A DNA stretch of 64,000 nt from Candidatus Eiseniibacteriota bacterium (GTDB taxonomy: Bacteria; Eisenbacteria; RBG-16-71-46; DASYSL01), in assembly GCA_031431875.1 (NCBI GenBank), contig JANPEF010000106.1, positions 1-64,000 on the forward strand, given 5' to 3'. The notes below the pieces were generated by a model. The model worked only from the letters and a program-made list of their open reading frames with translations, ran no database searches and was not told the DNA's origin. A program made the translations under genes and the position numbers. Below, one piece after another: positions 56,608-64,000 of this stretch (position 1 is its first letter; each line of letters starts with the position of its first letter).

Positions 56608-57281
56608 AACCGCGACGCCCGCCCGGCGACGACGGTGCCTACGTCGTCGGCGTGACCGGCGGCGTGGCCAGCGGCAAGACCACGTTCGTCGACGAGCTGG
56701 CGCGCGGCGGCAGCGCCCGGGTGATCGACGCCGACCGCCTGGGCCACGCGATCCTGCGCCGCAGCGACGTCGCCAGAGCGCTCGCCGTCGCCTTCGGCGA
56801 CGACGTGCTCGACTCTTCGGGTGCGGTTCGCCGCGACGTGCTCGGCCCGCGCGCGTTCGTTACGCCCGAAGCGCTGGCTCGGCTGAACGCGATCGTGCAC
56901 CCGCCGCTGCTCGTCGAGCTGGACCGGATTCTGGCCGCCTACGCGGGCTCGACGTACCGCGGCCTCGTCATCCTCGATGCCGCGCTGCTCGTCGAGTGGG
57001 ACGCCGGCGACCGCTGTGACGAAGTGGTCGCCGTGATCGCTTCGCCCGCGACCCAGGTTTTCCGGCTCCTGCACGATCGCGGGCGCAGTGGGGACGAGGC
57101 GCGGGCGATCGTCGAGCGGCAGCTGCCCGCGGCTGTTCGCGCGGCCTACGCCGACGTCGTGATCGAGAACGACGGGACGCGCGCGGAGTTCCTGGCAAAG
57201 GCGCGCGCGGTGGCGGGGGAGATCCGGGAGCGAGCGGGGGCTGGCCGCCCCGCCCCGGGATCGGCTAAGGTGCAGCCATGA
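56604..57281 (+). CDS. coaE: Dephospho-CoA kinase
   Basis: GVTGGVASGKT, IDAD, LNAIVHP, DAALL.E, ADVVIEN. Confidence 0.93.
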   Translation: MKPRRPPGDDGAYVVGVTGGVASGKTTFVDELARGGSARVIDADRLGHAILRRSDVARALAVAFGDDVLDSSGAVRRDVLGPRAFVTPEALARLNAIVHPPLLVELDRILAAYAGSTYRGLVILDAALLVEWDAGDRCDEVVAVIASPATQVFRLLHDRGRSGDEARAIVERQLPAAVRAAYADVVIENDGTRAEFLAKARAVAGEIRERAGAGRPAPGSAKVQP

Positions 57282-58388
57282 ACGAGACACTCCAACCGCA
57301 GGAACTCGAAAAGCGCCTCGAGAAGCTCGGCGCCACGTTGGACCAGCTCCGGGGGTATCTTTGACCTTCCCGCGCGCCGGGAAGAGGTCGCCCGCCTCGA
57401 AGTGAAGATGGCCGAGAACGGTTTCTGGGATCGGCCCGAGGACGCCCGCAAGGTCATCGGCCAGCTGAAGATCGCGCGTCACGTGGTCGTCGGCTTCGAC
57501 AGCCCGGCGAAGACCTACACCGATCTCCAGGAACTCTACGAAATGGCCCGCGACGAGGCCGACGCCGCGACGATCGAGGCGGTCGCCCGCGACCTCGGAG
57601 CGCTCGAGGTGCGCGTTCACGACTTCGAACTCGAGAGCCTGCTCGCCGGCGACAACGATCACCTCGGTGCGGTCGTCACCATCCACCCGGGCGCCGGTGG
57701 CACCGAGTCGCAGGACTGGGCGGAGATGCTGTACCGCATGTACACGCGCTACTGCGAGCGCCGCGGCTGGCCGGCGGCAGTGCTCGACCTGCAACCCGGC
57801 GAGGAAGCCGGGCTCAAGGACGCGTCGTTCGAGGTGGACACCGAGTATGCGTTCGGCTTTCTCAAGGCCGAGACCGGCGTGCATCGCCTCGTGCGCATCT
57901 CGCCGTTCGATGCAGCGAAGCGGCGCCAGACCTCGTTCGCCTCGGTGCACGTCACGCCGCTCATCGACGACACGATCGTGGTCGACATCAAGGACGACGA
58001 CCTGCGCATCGATACCTATCGCGCCTCGGGCGCCGGCGGTCAGCACGTCAACAAGACCGAGTCGGCAGTGCGCATCACGCACATCCCGACCAGCATCGTC
58101 GCCCAGTCGCAGGCCGAGCGCAGCCAGCACAAGAACCGGGAATCCGCGATGAAGATGCTCAAGTCAAGGCTCTACACGCACTTCCAGGCGATCGAGAAGG
58201 CGCGCCAGGCGGGCCTCACCGAGCCCAAGAAGGACATCAACTTCGGCAGCCAGATCCGCTCGTACGTGCTCCAGCCGTACACGATGGTCAAGGACCTGCG
58301 CACGAGCGCCGAGACCTCGGACGTCAGTCGCGTCCTCGACGGCGACATCGACCTGTTCATCGACGCGTTCCTGCGTCACAAGGAGTAG
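57278..58388 (+). CDS. prfB: Peptide chain release factor 2 (programmed +1 frameshift)
   Basis: ATG 57278 frame stops at CTT TGA C (57359-65); +1 frame continues to the SPF and GGQ motifs. Confidence 0.96.
57350..57365 (+). promoter_or_regulatory. RF2 autoregulatory frameshift site
   Basis: CGGGGG TAT CTT TGA C: internal SD-like element plus slippery CTT TGA. Confidence 0.93.
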
Positions 58389-58392
58389 CGGC

Positions 58393-59751
58393 ATGAACCG
58401 ACGCATCTTCCGCGAGTACGACGTGCGCGGTCTGCACGCGACCGATCTCACCGACGACGTGGTCACCGACCTGGGCCGCGCGTTCGGCAGCTACCTGCGC
58501 CGCAAGGGTGCGAAGACAGTCGCGCTGGGTCGCGACTTCCGGCCGTCGTCGCCGCGCCTGGCCGCCGCGCTCGAGGCGGGGATCCGCGAGGTCGGCTGCG
58601 ACGTGCTGCGCGTCGGCGTGCTGCCCACGCCCGGCCTGTACTGGTCGATCGCGCACCTTTCGACCGACGCCGGTGTGCAGATCACCGGTTCGCACAATCC
58701 GTCCGAGTACAATGGCTTCAAGATGAACCTCGGTCTCGCCTCGGTCTACGGCGAGGAGATCCAGAAGCTGCTGGCGATGATCCTCGCGCGCGATTTCGAG
58801 AAGCCCACGGCGCCGGGCACGGTGAGCGACCACCCGACCGAGGCGGCCTACATGGACATGCTCGCCTCGAAGGTGGCGCCGAAGCGCAAACTCAAGGTCG
58901 TGCTCGACGCGGGCAACGGCTGCGCCGGCCCGGTCGCGCCCGACGTATTCCGCCGTGTCGGCTGCGAGGTGGTGGAACTCTTCACCGAGCCCGACGGCAC
59001 CTACCCGAATCACCAGCCGGACCCGACGGTCGAGGCGAACATGCAGGACCTGATCAAGGCCGTCCGCGAGCACAAGGCCGACTTCGGGATCGGCTACGAC
59101 GGCGATGCCGACCGCGTCGGCGCGGTCGACGAGAAGGGCCGCATCGTGTGGGGCGACCAGATCCTGGCGCTGCTGTCACGCGAGGTGCTGGCCAAGTATC
59201 CCGGCGCGCCGATCGTGTTCGACGTCAAGTGCTCGCAGGGCCTCGAGGAGGACATCCTCGCCCACGGTGGCCGCCCGATCATGGCCCGCACCGGCCACTC
59301 GGTGATGAAGGCGCGCATGAAGGAAGAGAAGGCGCCGCTCGCCGGCGAGCTCTCGGGCCACATCTTCTACGAAGACGACTTCTACGGCTTCGACGACGCG
59401 ATCTACGTCTCGCTGCGGCTGTTGAGAATTGTCGCCGACTCGGGCAAGTCGCTGGGCACGCTGATCGACTCGGTGCCGCAATACGTGGCCACGCCCGAGA
59501 TCCGCCTCGACACCGACGACGACCTCAAGTTCGGCATCGTCGACCGCGTGCGCGATCACTTCGCGAAGGACCACGAGGTGATCGCCATCGATGGCGCGCG
59601 CATCAAGTTCGGCGACGGCTGGGCGTTGGTGCGCGCCTCGAATACGCAACCCGTGCTGGTCGTGCGTTTCGAGGCGAAGACGCAGCAGCGCCTCGACGCA
59701 ATCCGCACCGAGGTGATGGACGTGCTGGCGGGTGAGGGCGTGCGCGGGTGA
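58393..59751 (+). CDS. Phosphomannomutase/phosphoglucomutase
   Basis: IFREYDVRG, TGSHNP, DGDADR, GELSGH, RASNT. Confidence 0.94.
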   Translation: MNRRIFREYDVRGLHATDLTDDVVTDLGRAFGSYLRRKGAKTVALGRDFRPSSPRLAAALEAGIREVGCDVLRVGVLPTPGLYWSIAHLSTDAGVQITGSHNPSEYNGFKMNLGLASVYGEEIQKLLAMILARDFEKPTAPGTVSDHPTEAAYMDMLASKVAPKRKLKVVLDAGNGCAGPVAPDVFRRVGCEVVELFTEPDGTYPNHQPDPTVEANMQDLIKAVREHKADFGIGYDGDADRVGAVDEKGRIVWGDQILALLSREVLAKYPGAPIVFDVKCSQGLEEDILAHGGRPIMARTGHSVMKARMKEEKAPLAGELSGHIFYEDDFYGFDDAIYVSLRLLRIVADSGKSLGTLIDSVPQYVATPEIRLDTDDDLKFGIVDRVRDHFAKDHEVIAIDGARIKFGDGWALVRASNTQPVLVVRFEAKTQQRLDAIRTEVMDVLAGEGVRG

Positions 59752-60575
59752 AGCGCGCCGCCGCGACCCGTCGGACGGCGCCGCGTCCCGCGCCGGTGAC
59801 CGACGTCGCGCTGTACGACGGCCTGTTCGAGCGGTGGATGGGCAAGCTCGCCGCCGACCTGCCCATGATCCTCGAGGTGGCGAAGGGCGCGAGGGGCCCC
59901 GTGCTCGAGCTGGGCGTGGGCGCCGGAAGGGTCGCGATCGAACTGGCGCGCCGCGGTCACCACGTCACCGGCGTCGACGATTCGAAGCCGATGCTGGCCG
60001 CACTTGCCCGCCGCCTCGCCGCCGAGCCACCCGTCGTGCGCGCCCGCGTCACCGCGCTGCGCCAGGACCTGCGGCGCCTCAGGGTGCCGCGTGGGAAGTT
60101 TCGCCTGGCCCTCCTGCCGTTCAACACGTTCTGCCACTTCGAGACGATCGCCGATCAGGACAAAGTGCTCGCCGGCGCGGCGGGCGCGCTCGCGCGCGGC
60201 GGCTGGCTGTGGCTCTCGGTGTTCCGCGTCGATCCGGCCCGCCCCACGGGTGTGCTGCGCGCCGAGCCGGGGCCGCTGTCAGGCGAGGCGCCGGGGCTGC
60301 CCGGTTCGCGCACCGAGGTGTTCTTCCAGCAGGCGTTCGAGCGCGCGGCGCAGGTGACCGAGGCGCGCTTCTGGCTCGACACGGTCGCGCCCGACGGACT
60401 GGTCCGCCGGCAGACCACGCAACTGCGCCTGCGCTGGTTCGAGCGCTACGAGTTGGAGCGCGCGCTCGCCGCGCACGGGTTCGTCGTGCGCCGGTTGTGG
60501 GGCGACTTCGACGGCGTCGACTTCGACGACACGAGCCCGCAGATCATCCTGCTCGCCCAGCGCGCGGCGCGTTGA
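59748..60575 (+). CDS. Class I SAM-dependent methyltransferase
   Basis: VLELGVGAGR motif I, GVD.S..ML, PFNTF.H, WGDFD. Confidence 0.88.
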   Translation: MKRAAATRRTAPRPAPVTDVALYDGLFERWMGKLAADLPMILEVAKGARGPVLELGVGAGRVAIELARRGHHVTGVDDSKPMLAALARRLAAEPPVVRARVTALRQDLRRLRVPRGKFRLALLPFNTFCHFETIADQDKVLAGAAGALARGGWLWLSVFRVDPARPTGVLRAEPGPLSGEAPGLPGSRTEVFFQQAFERAAQVTEARFWLDTVAPDGLVRRQTTQLRLRWFERYELERALAAHGFVVRRLWGDFDGVDFDDTSPQIILLAQRAAR

Positions 60576-60582
60576 GCCCGCC

Positions 60583-61173
60583 GTGGCCGTCCTGTCCCGC
60601 CGCTTCTACGCCCGCCCGGCGCTCGCGGTGGCGGCCGACCTGATCGGCACCAGGCTGGTTCATCGCTCGCCGTTCGGCACGCTCGGCGGTGTGATCGTCG
60701 AGGTCGAGGCCTACGGCGGCGCCGAGGATGCGGCGAGCCACGCGAAGAACGGGCCCACACCACGCAACCGGAGCATGTTCGGTCCTCCCGGCCACGCCTA
60801 TGTCTACTTCATCTACGGGATGCACCATTGCCTGAACGTCGTCACCGGACGGGAGGGGGAGGGTGCGGCGGTTCTCCTCCGGGCGATCGCGCCGTCGCTC
60901 GGCGGGGCGCTGTGGCGTGGCCGGCGATCCGACCTCCCCGTCGGGCGCGAGGCCTCGGGTCCCGGCCGGCTCGCCCGGGCGCTCGGGCTGACCCGCGCGC
61001 ACGATGGGCTCGATCTCCTCGATTCCCCGCTGATCATCCGCCCGCGGCGGGGGGAGGAACCCCCGCTCTCGAGCGGCCCACGGATCGGGATTCGTCTCGC
61101 CCGGGAGATCCCTGGGCGGATCTGGTGGACCGGGCACCCGGCGGTCTCGCGAACCGTCTCGCGGACCGGTTGA
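60583..61173 (+). CDS. mpg: DNA-3-methyladenine glycosylase (AAG/MPG type)
   Basis: IVEVEAY, ASHA, YVYFIYGMH.CLNVV, VLLRA, GPGRL, RIGI. Confidence 0.94.
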   Translation: MAVLSRRFYARPALAVAADLIGTRLVHRSPFGTLGGVIVEVEAYGGAEDAASHAKNGPTPRNRSMFGPPGHAYVYFIYGMHHCLNVVTGREGEGAAVLLRAIAPSLGGALWRGRRSDLPVGREASGPGRLARALGLTRAHDGLDLLDSPLIIRPRRGEEPPLSSGPRIGIRLAREIPGRIWWTGHPAVSRTVSRTG

Positions 61174-61198
61174 CAGCCGCCGCTTCCCGACCTAGGAT
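61170..61198 (+). promoter_or_regulatory. Sigma70 promoter overlapping the mpg stop codon
   Basis: TTGACA-17 nt-TAGGAT. Confidence 0.7.
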
Positions 61199-61230
61199 GC
61201 GCAGCGGTGCGCACTTGCGTGCCGACCGAG

Positions 61231-61274
61231 GCGTCCCCGGGTCTGCGACCCCGGCTCGACGCGTTTTTTGTTTT
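61231..61274 (+). terminator. Terminator/attenuator hairpin
   Basis: GCGTC-CCCGGGTC-TGC-GACCCCGG-CTC-GACGC followed by GTTTTTTGTTTT. Confidence 0.6.
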
Positions 61275-61291
61275 CCCCAAGGAGTCCATGG

Positions 61292-62881
61292 ATGAATCGT
61301 GCCGTGTTCGCGTGCGCCGCGTACCTCGCGTCCGCCGCCGCCGCGATCCTGTGCGCCGCGCCGGCGGGGGCCCAGTTCCTCGCGCCCGCGCTGGAGAAGT
61401 CGGGCTTCGATCAGCGCTTGCGGCAACCGTCGCTGCGCCTCGCCACGCTCGGTCGCGCCACACTCGCGTTCGATGACGAGAACAACGAGATCAACCAGTG
61501 GGATTTCGGCGCCTCGACCGTCGGCCTGGTGAGCGATCGCAACGGGAACTCCGTCGACCTGTATTTTGACGCCGCCGGGACGTCGGCCGAGCGCACCGTC
61601 GGGGGGGTCCCGGGGGAAGTCGATCGCTATGACGGCTCGGTCTACGGCCTGAGTGCGGTGGCCCGCAACGGGTCGAAGTTCGCCTTCGGCCTCAGCCTTG
61701 GTTACCAGGGCCTCGGCACGGGCGTCCCGCTGCAGCCCGGCTTCTACCAGGATGAGAAGGCCGCGCTGCGCGAGGGAGTCGCCACGTTCAGCGGCCGGAT
61801 GGCCGGCGGCAAGCTGGGCTGGGGCGCCCGCCTGGGCTTCGGCAACGAGACCTACGACAGCCAGAGCCGGACCCGCGGCAACGAGGACGGCGAAGCGGTG
61901 CTCTCGGGCGGTGACGTCATCGAGTCCCCCTCCGCCTTCGACCTCACCGAGGCAACGGCCAAGCGCACGTTGTTCGGCCTCGGGCTCGGCTGGATGGCCG
62001 CCTCGTGGGGTGACGTCGCGATCAACTGGGACAACCTCAAGTCGTCGATCGACGGCAGCAACGAGACGCGCAAGCGGATCTACGAGATCGACGAGCCGCG
62101 CCGCTCCAACACGTTCTCGCTGACCACCACGCTCAAGCCGATCGACGGGCTCACCTTCGGCGGTGTCGTGGGGACCGGCGGTTTCAGCGTCGACGAGACC
62201 TATCGCTACACGCAGTCGAACGGGCAGGGGGCGACGCCGCTCGTCGCGCGAGGCGACCGTCTCGCTCGCGACGTCGAGGGCGACTTCCTGAAGACTCGCC
62301 TGGCGTTCACGCCGGGCGGCCTGCCGAATCTGCTCGTCGGTGCGGACTTCCGGGTGCTCTATCACAAGGATGCCATCACGGCGGCGACCACGCCCGGCAG
62401 CTTCAACGAATTCCTCGCCTCGCTGAACGGGACCGGCGTCAACCCGGGAATGCCCGTGCTCGACGAGAGCCAGGAGATCCGGCACTGGGATGCCGGTGTC
62501 GGCGTCGGCTACCTGATCGCGCCGCGCCTGCGGGTGGGGGCCGAGGGCCATCGCGCCAATGACGCGCGCGACGGCACGGGCGTGCATGCGCGGACGCGCA
62601 TCACCGACTTCCGCGGGGGTGTCGAGTACGGCGTCTCGAGCGAGTGGCAGGCGCGCATCGGCGGCTGGCATCGCGCGCTCGACCAGGACGTCTACACGGC
62701 GAACAACGAGGGGATCGGCGCCGCGCTGACGCTGGGTGCGGGCTATCGCCCCACGAACAGCAAGTACTCGCTCGACGGGGGCGTCGAGATCATGGATCGC
62801 ACGACGGACTACCCGGATCCGGGCGATGGAACCGGCTCGGGCTTCCGCTTCGTTCTCTACAATCGCTGGTCCTTCAACTGA
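61292..62881 (+). CDS. Putative outer membrane beta-barrel protein
   Basis: AAGGAG SD, signal peptide (AGA|Q), alternating amphipathic beta-strands, aromatic-rich terminal strand FRFVLYNRWSFN. Confidence 0.75.
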   Translation: MNRAVFACAAYLASAAAAILCAAPAGAQFLAPALEKSGFDQRLRQPSLRLATLGRATLAFDDENNEINQWDFGASTVGLVSDRNGNSVDLYFDAAGTSAERTVGGVPGEVDRYDGSVYGLSAVARNGSKFAFGLSLGYQGLGTGVPLQPGFYQDEKAALREGVATFSGRMAGGKLGWGARLGFGNETYDSQSRTRGNEDGEAVLSGGDVIESPSAFDLTEATAKRTLFGLGLGWMAASWGDVAINWDNLKSSIDGSNETRKRIYEIDEPRRSNTFSLTTTLKPIDGLTFGGVVGTGGFSVDETYRYTQSNGQGATPLVARGDRLARDVEGDFLKTRLAFTPGGLPNLLVGADFRVLYHKDAITAATTPGSFNEFLASLNGTGVNPGMPVLDESQEIRHWDAGVGVGYLIAPRLRVGAEGHRANDARDGTGVHARTRITDFRGGVEYGVSSEWQARIGGWHRALDQDVYTANNEGIGAALTLGAGYRPTNSKYSLDGGVEIMDRTTDYPDPGDGTGSGFRFVLYNRWSFN

Positions 62882-62910
62882 CCGGTGGCGGGTTTCCGCA
62901 AAATTCGAGG

Positions 62911-62939
62911 TTGACAGTCGCCGCCCGGTCGGGCACTCT
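62911..62939 (+). promoter_or_regulatory. Sigma70 promoter candidate for an intergenic RNA
   Basis: TTGACA-17 nt-CACTCT. Confidence 0.5.
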
Positions 62940-63125
62940 ATGCCTCGACCGGGCGTCGGCCTCGCGAGGCCAGCGCCCCCAACCTGTGTTCGGGACGTGT
63001 CGCGAGGCGACGCGTCCCGTTTCATTTGGGACCCTTCGACGCTCTGAACACCCACTTCCCGTCCGGGAAGGGGCGCCTACGGAGGACCCGTCCGTGCAGC
63101 GCATGGATGGGCCAAGAGCATGAGG
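62940..63125 (+). ncRNA. Candidate structured ncRNA or leader, family unassigned
   Basis: Four to five GC hairpins between two promoter candidates; no ORF with an RBS. Confidence 0.35.
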
Positions 63126-63134
63126 ACAAACGGG

Positions 63135-63164
63135 TTGACTCAATCCTTGCTTGCTCCCTATAGT
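63135..63164 (+). promoter_or_regulatory. Sigma70 promoter for the TonB-dependent receptor
   Basis: TTGACT-18 nt-TATAGT. Confidence 0.65.
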
Positions 63165-63233
63165 GGCGACGCCCTTCCCCGGGGCATCCCCTCGCCTGGT
63201 CGATCCGAACTCCCTCGGAGAGGTGCGCACACG

Positions 63234-64000
63234 ATGGTTCGCCAGTCTCTTCTCGGGCGCCTTCTGGGTGCCGGTCTTCTCGTCGTCGGGGCCGTCCTGG
63301 CCCTTTGGGTTGCCCCGGAGCCGGCCTTTGGCCAGGCCATGGGCACGGTCAAGGGCCGCGTCATGGAGGGCAAGCAGCCCGGCGCGTACGCCAACGTGGT
63401 CGTCCTCGGTTCCCGCCGCGGCGGCGCCACGGATGACGATGGCTACTTCACCATCCCCAACGTTCCGGTCGGCGCCTACACCCTCAAGGTGCAGCTCACC
63501 GGCTTCGAGCCCAAGTCGCTGGCGATCACGGTGAATGCCGGGGTCAACGACGTGGGCACGATCACCGTCGGCGGCTCGAAGGTGGTCAAGGAGATCGCGG
63601 AAGTCAGGGTCACCGCGGAGCGCATGATCGACACCAAGACCTCGTCCACCAAGCACACGGTGTCGGGCGAGTCGCTCAGTGACCTGCCGGTCGAGAACCT
63701 GCGCGAGGCGGTCGCGCTCAAGGCCGGCATCGTCGCCACCAACGGCGAGTTGCACGTGCGCGGCGGTCGCGGCGGCGAGATCAAGCAGACCATCGACGGG
63801 ATCGAAGTCTCCGATCCGTTGTTCGGCCGCAGCTCGTCGATCGCCAATCTGTCGGTCGCCGGCGCCGACGTCCTGTCGGGCGGCTTCGATGCCGAGTTCG
63901 GCAATGCCCTCTCCGGCGTGATCAACATCACCACCAAGGAGGGCGGCGACAAGTTCGGCGGCGACTTCCAGTGGCACACCGACCGCTACGGAGAGAACTC
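63234..64000 (+). CDS. TonB-dependent receptor with carboxypeptidase-regulatory-like N-domain and plug (runs off the right edge)
   Basis: Not in the ORF track. My translation: signal peptide, GTVKGRV..ANVVV.G..GGATDDDGYFTI.NVPVGAY, LHVRGGR, IDG, GGFDAEFGNALSGVINITTKEG. Confidence 0.9.
   Translation, partial: MVRQSLLGRLLGAGLLVVGAVLALWVAPEPAFGQAMGTVKGRVMEGKQPGAYANVVVLGSRRGGATDDDGYFTIPNVPVGAYTLKVQLTGFEPKSLAITVNAGVNDVGTITVGGSKVVKEIAEVRVTAERMIDTKTSSTKHTVSGESLSDLPVENLREAVALKAGIVATNGELHVRGGRGGEIKQTIDGIEVSDPLFGRSSSIANLSVAGADVLSGGFDAEFGNALSGVINITTKEGGDKFGGDFQWHTDRYGEN

Noticed and set aside
57359..57365. In-frame TGA in prfB as a pseudogene or selenocysteine codon
   Set aside because: It matches the canonical RF2 programmed frameshift.
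62970..63095. Cobalamin riboswitch or 6S RNA assignment
   Set aside because: Fragments resemble B12-element words (CCCCCAACCTGT, CCACT..GGGAAG) and 6S words (TTTGGGA, ACCCAC). However, the GGGAA..GGTG.AA.TCC core and a long 6S-like closing stem are not evident, so the element is left unassigned.

Overview
High-GC (visibly ~70%) chromosome segment of a diderm, LPS-making bacterium. Gene style suggests an uncultured FCB-adjacent lineage such as Eisenbacteria/Krumholzibacteria; this is inference, not verified. Most of the window is housekeeping: a folB-folK-dNK-panBC-glmU(N)-HIT-lytR_C-tatA operon, a SurA/PpiD chaperone, uvrA, a radical SAM-rng pair, and a ~34 kb co-oriented run. That run comprises rplU-rpmA-mdh-kdsB-pyrG-kdsACD, lptCB-rpoN-hpf-hprK, a complete mannose-family PTS with HPr and EI, pgi/pmi, a nucleotidyltransferase, metK-ahcY-ftsK-rimO-bamD-nadD-polA-coaE, frameshifted prfB, pmm, a methyltransferase and mpg. 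The window ends with an outer-membrane beta-barrel and a truncated TonB-dependent receptor. The less ordinary parts are five. (1) A PAS-kinase/sigma54-activator pair is followed by a fully readable enhancer-IHF-sigma54 promoter, upstream of a lone receiver protein and an unannotated 27-aa Lys/Ala histone-like peptide. (2) An orphan CheB-CheR-PAS protein is translationally coupled to a hybrid kinase through two candidate docking helices. (3) A secreted protein ends in a SWGxxKxxYR candidate sorting signal. (4) An eIF2B/R15Pi-like protein lacks the catalytic Cys. (5) A promoter-bounded, hairpin-rich candidate ncRNA lies before the TonB receptor. No CRISPR array, rRNA, tRNA or transposase was seen.
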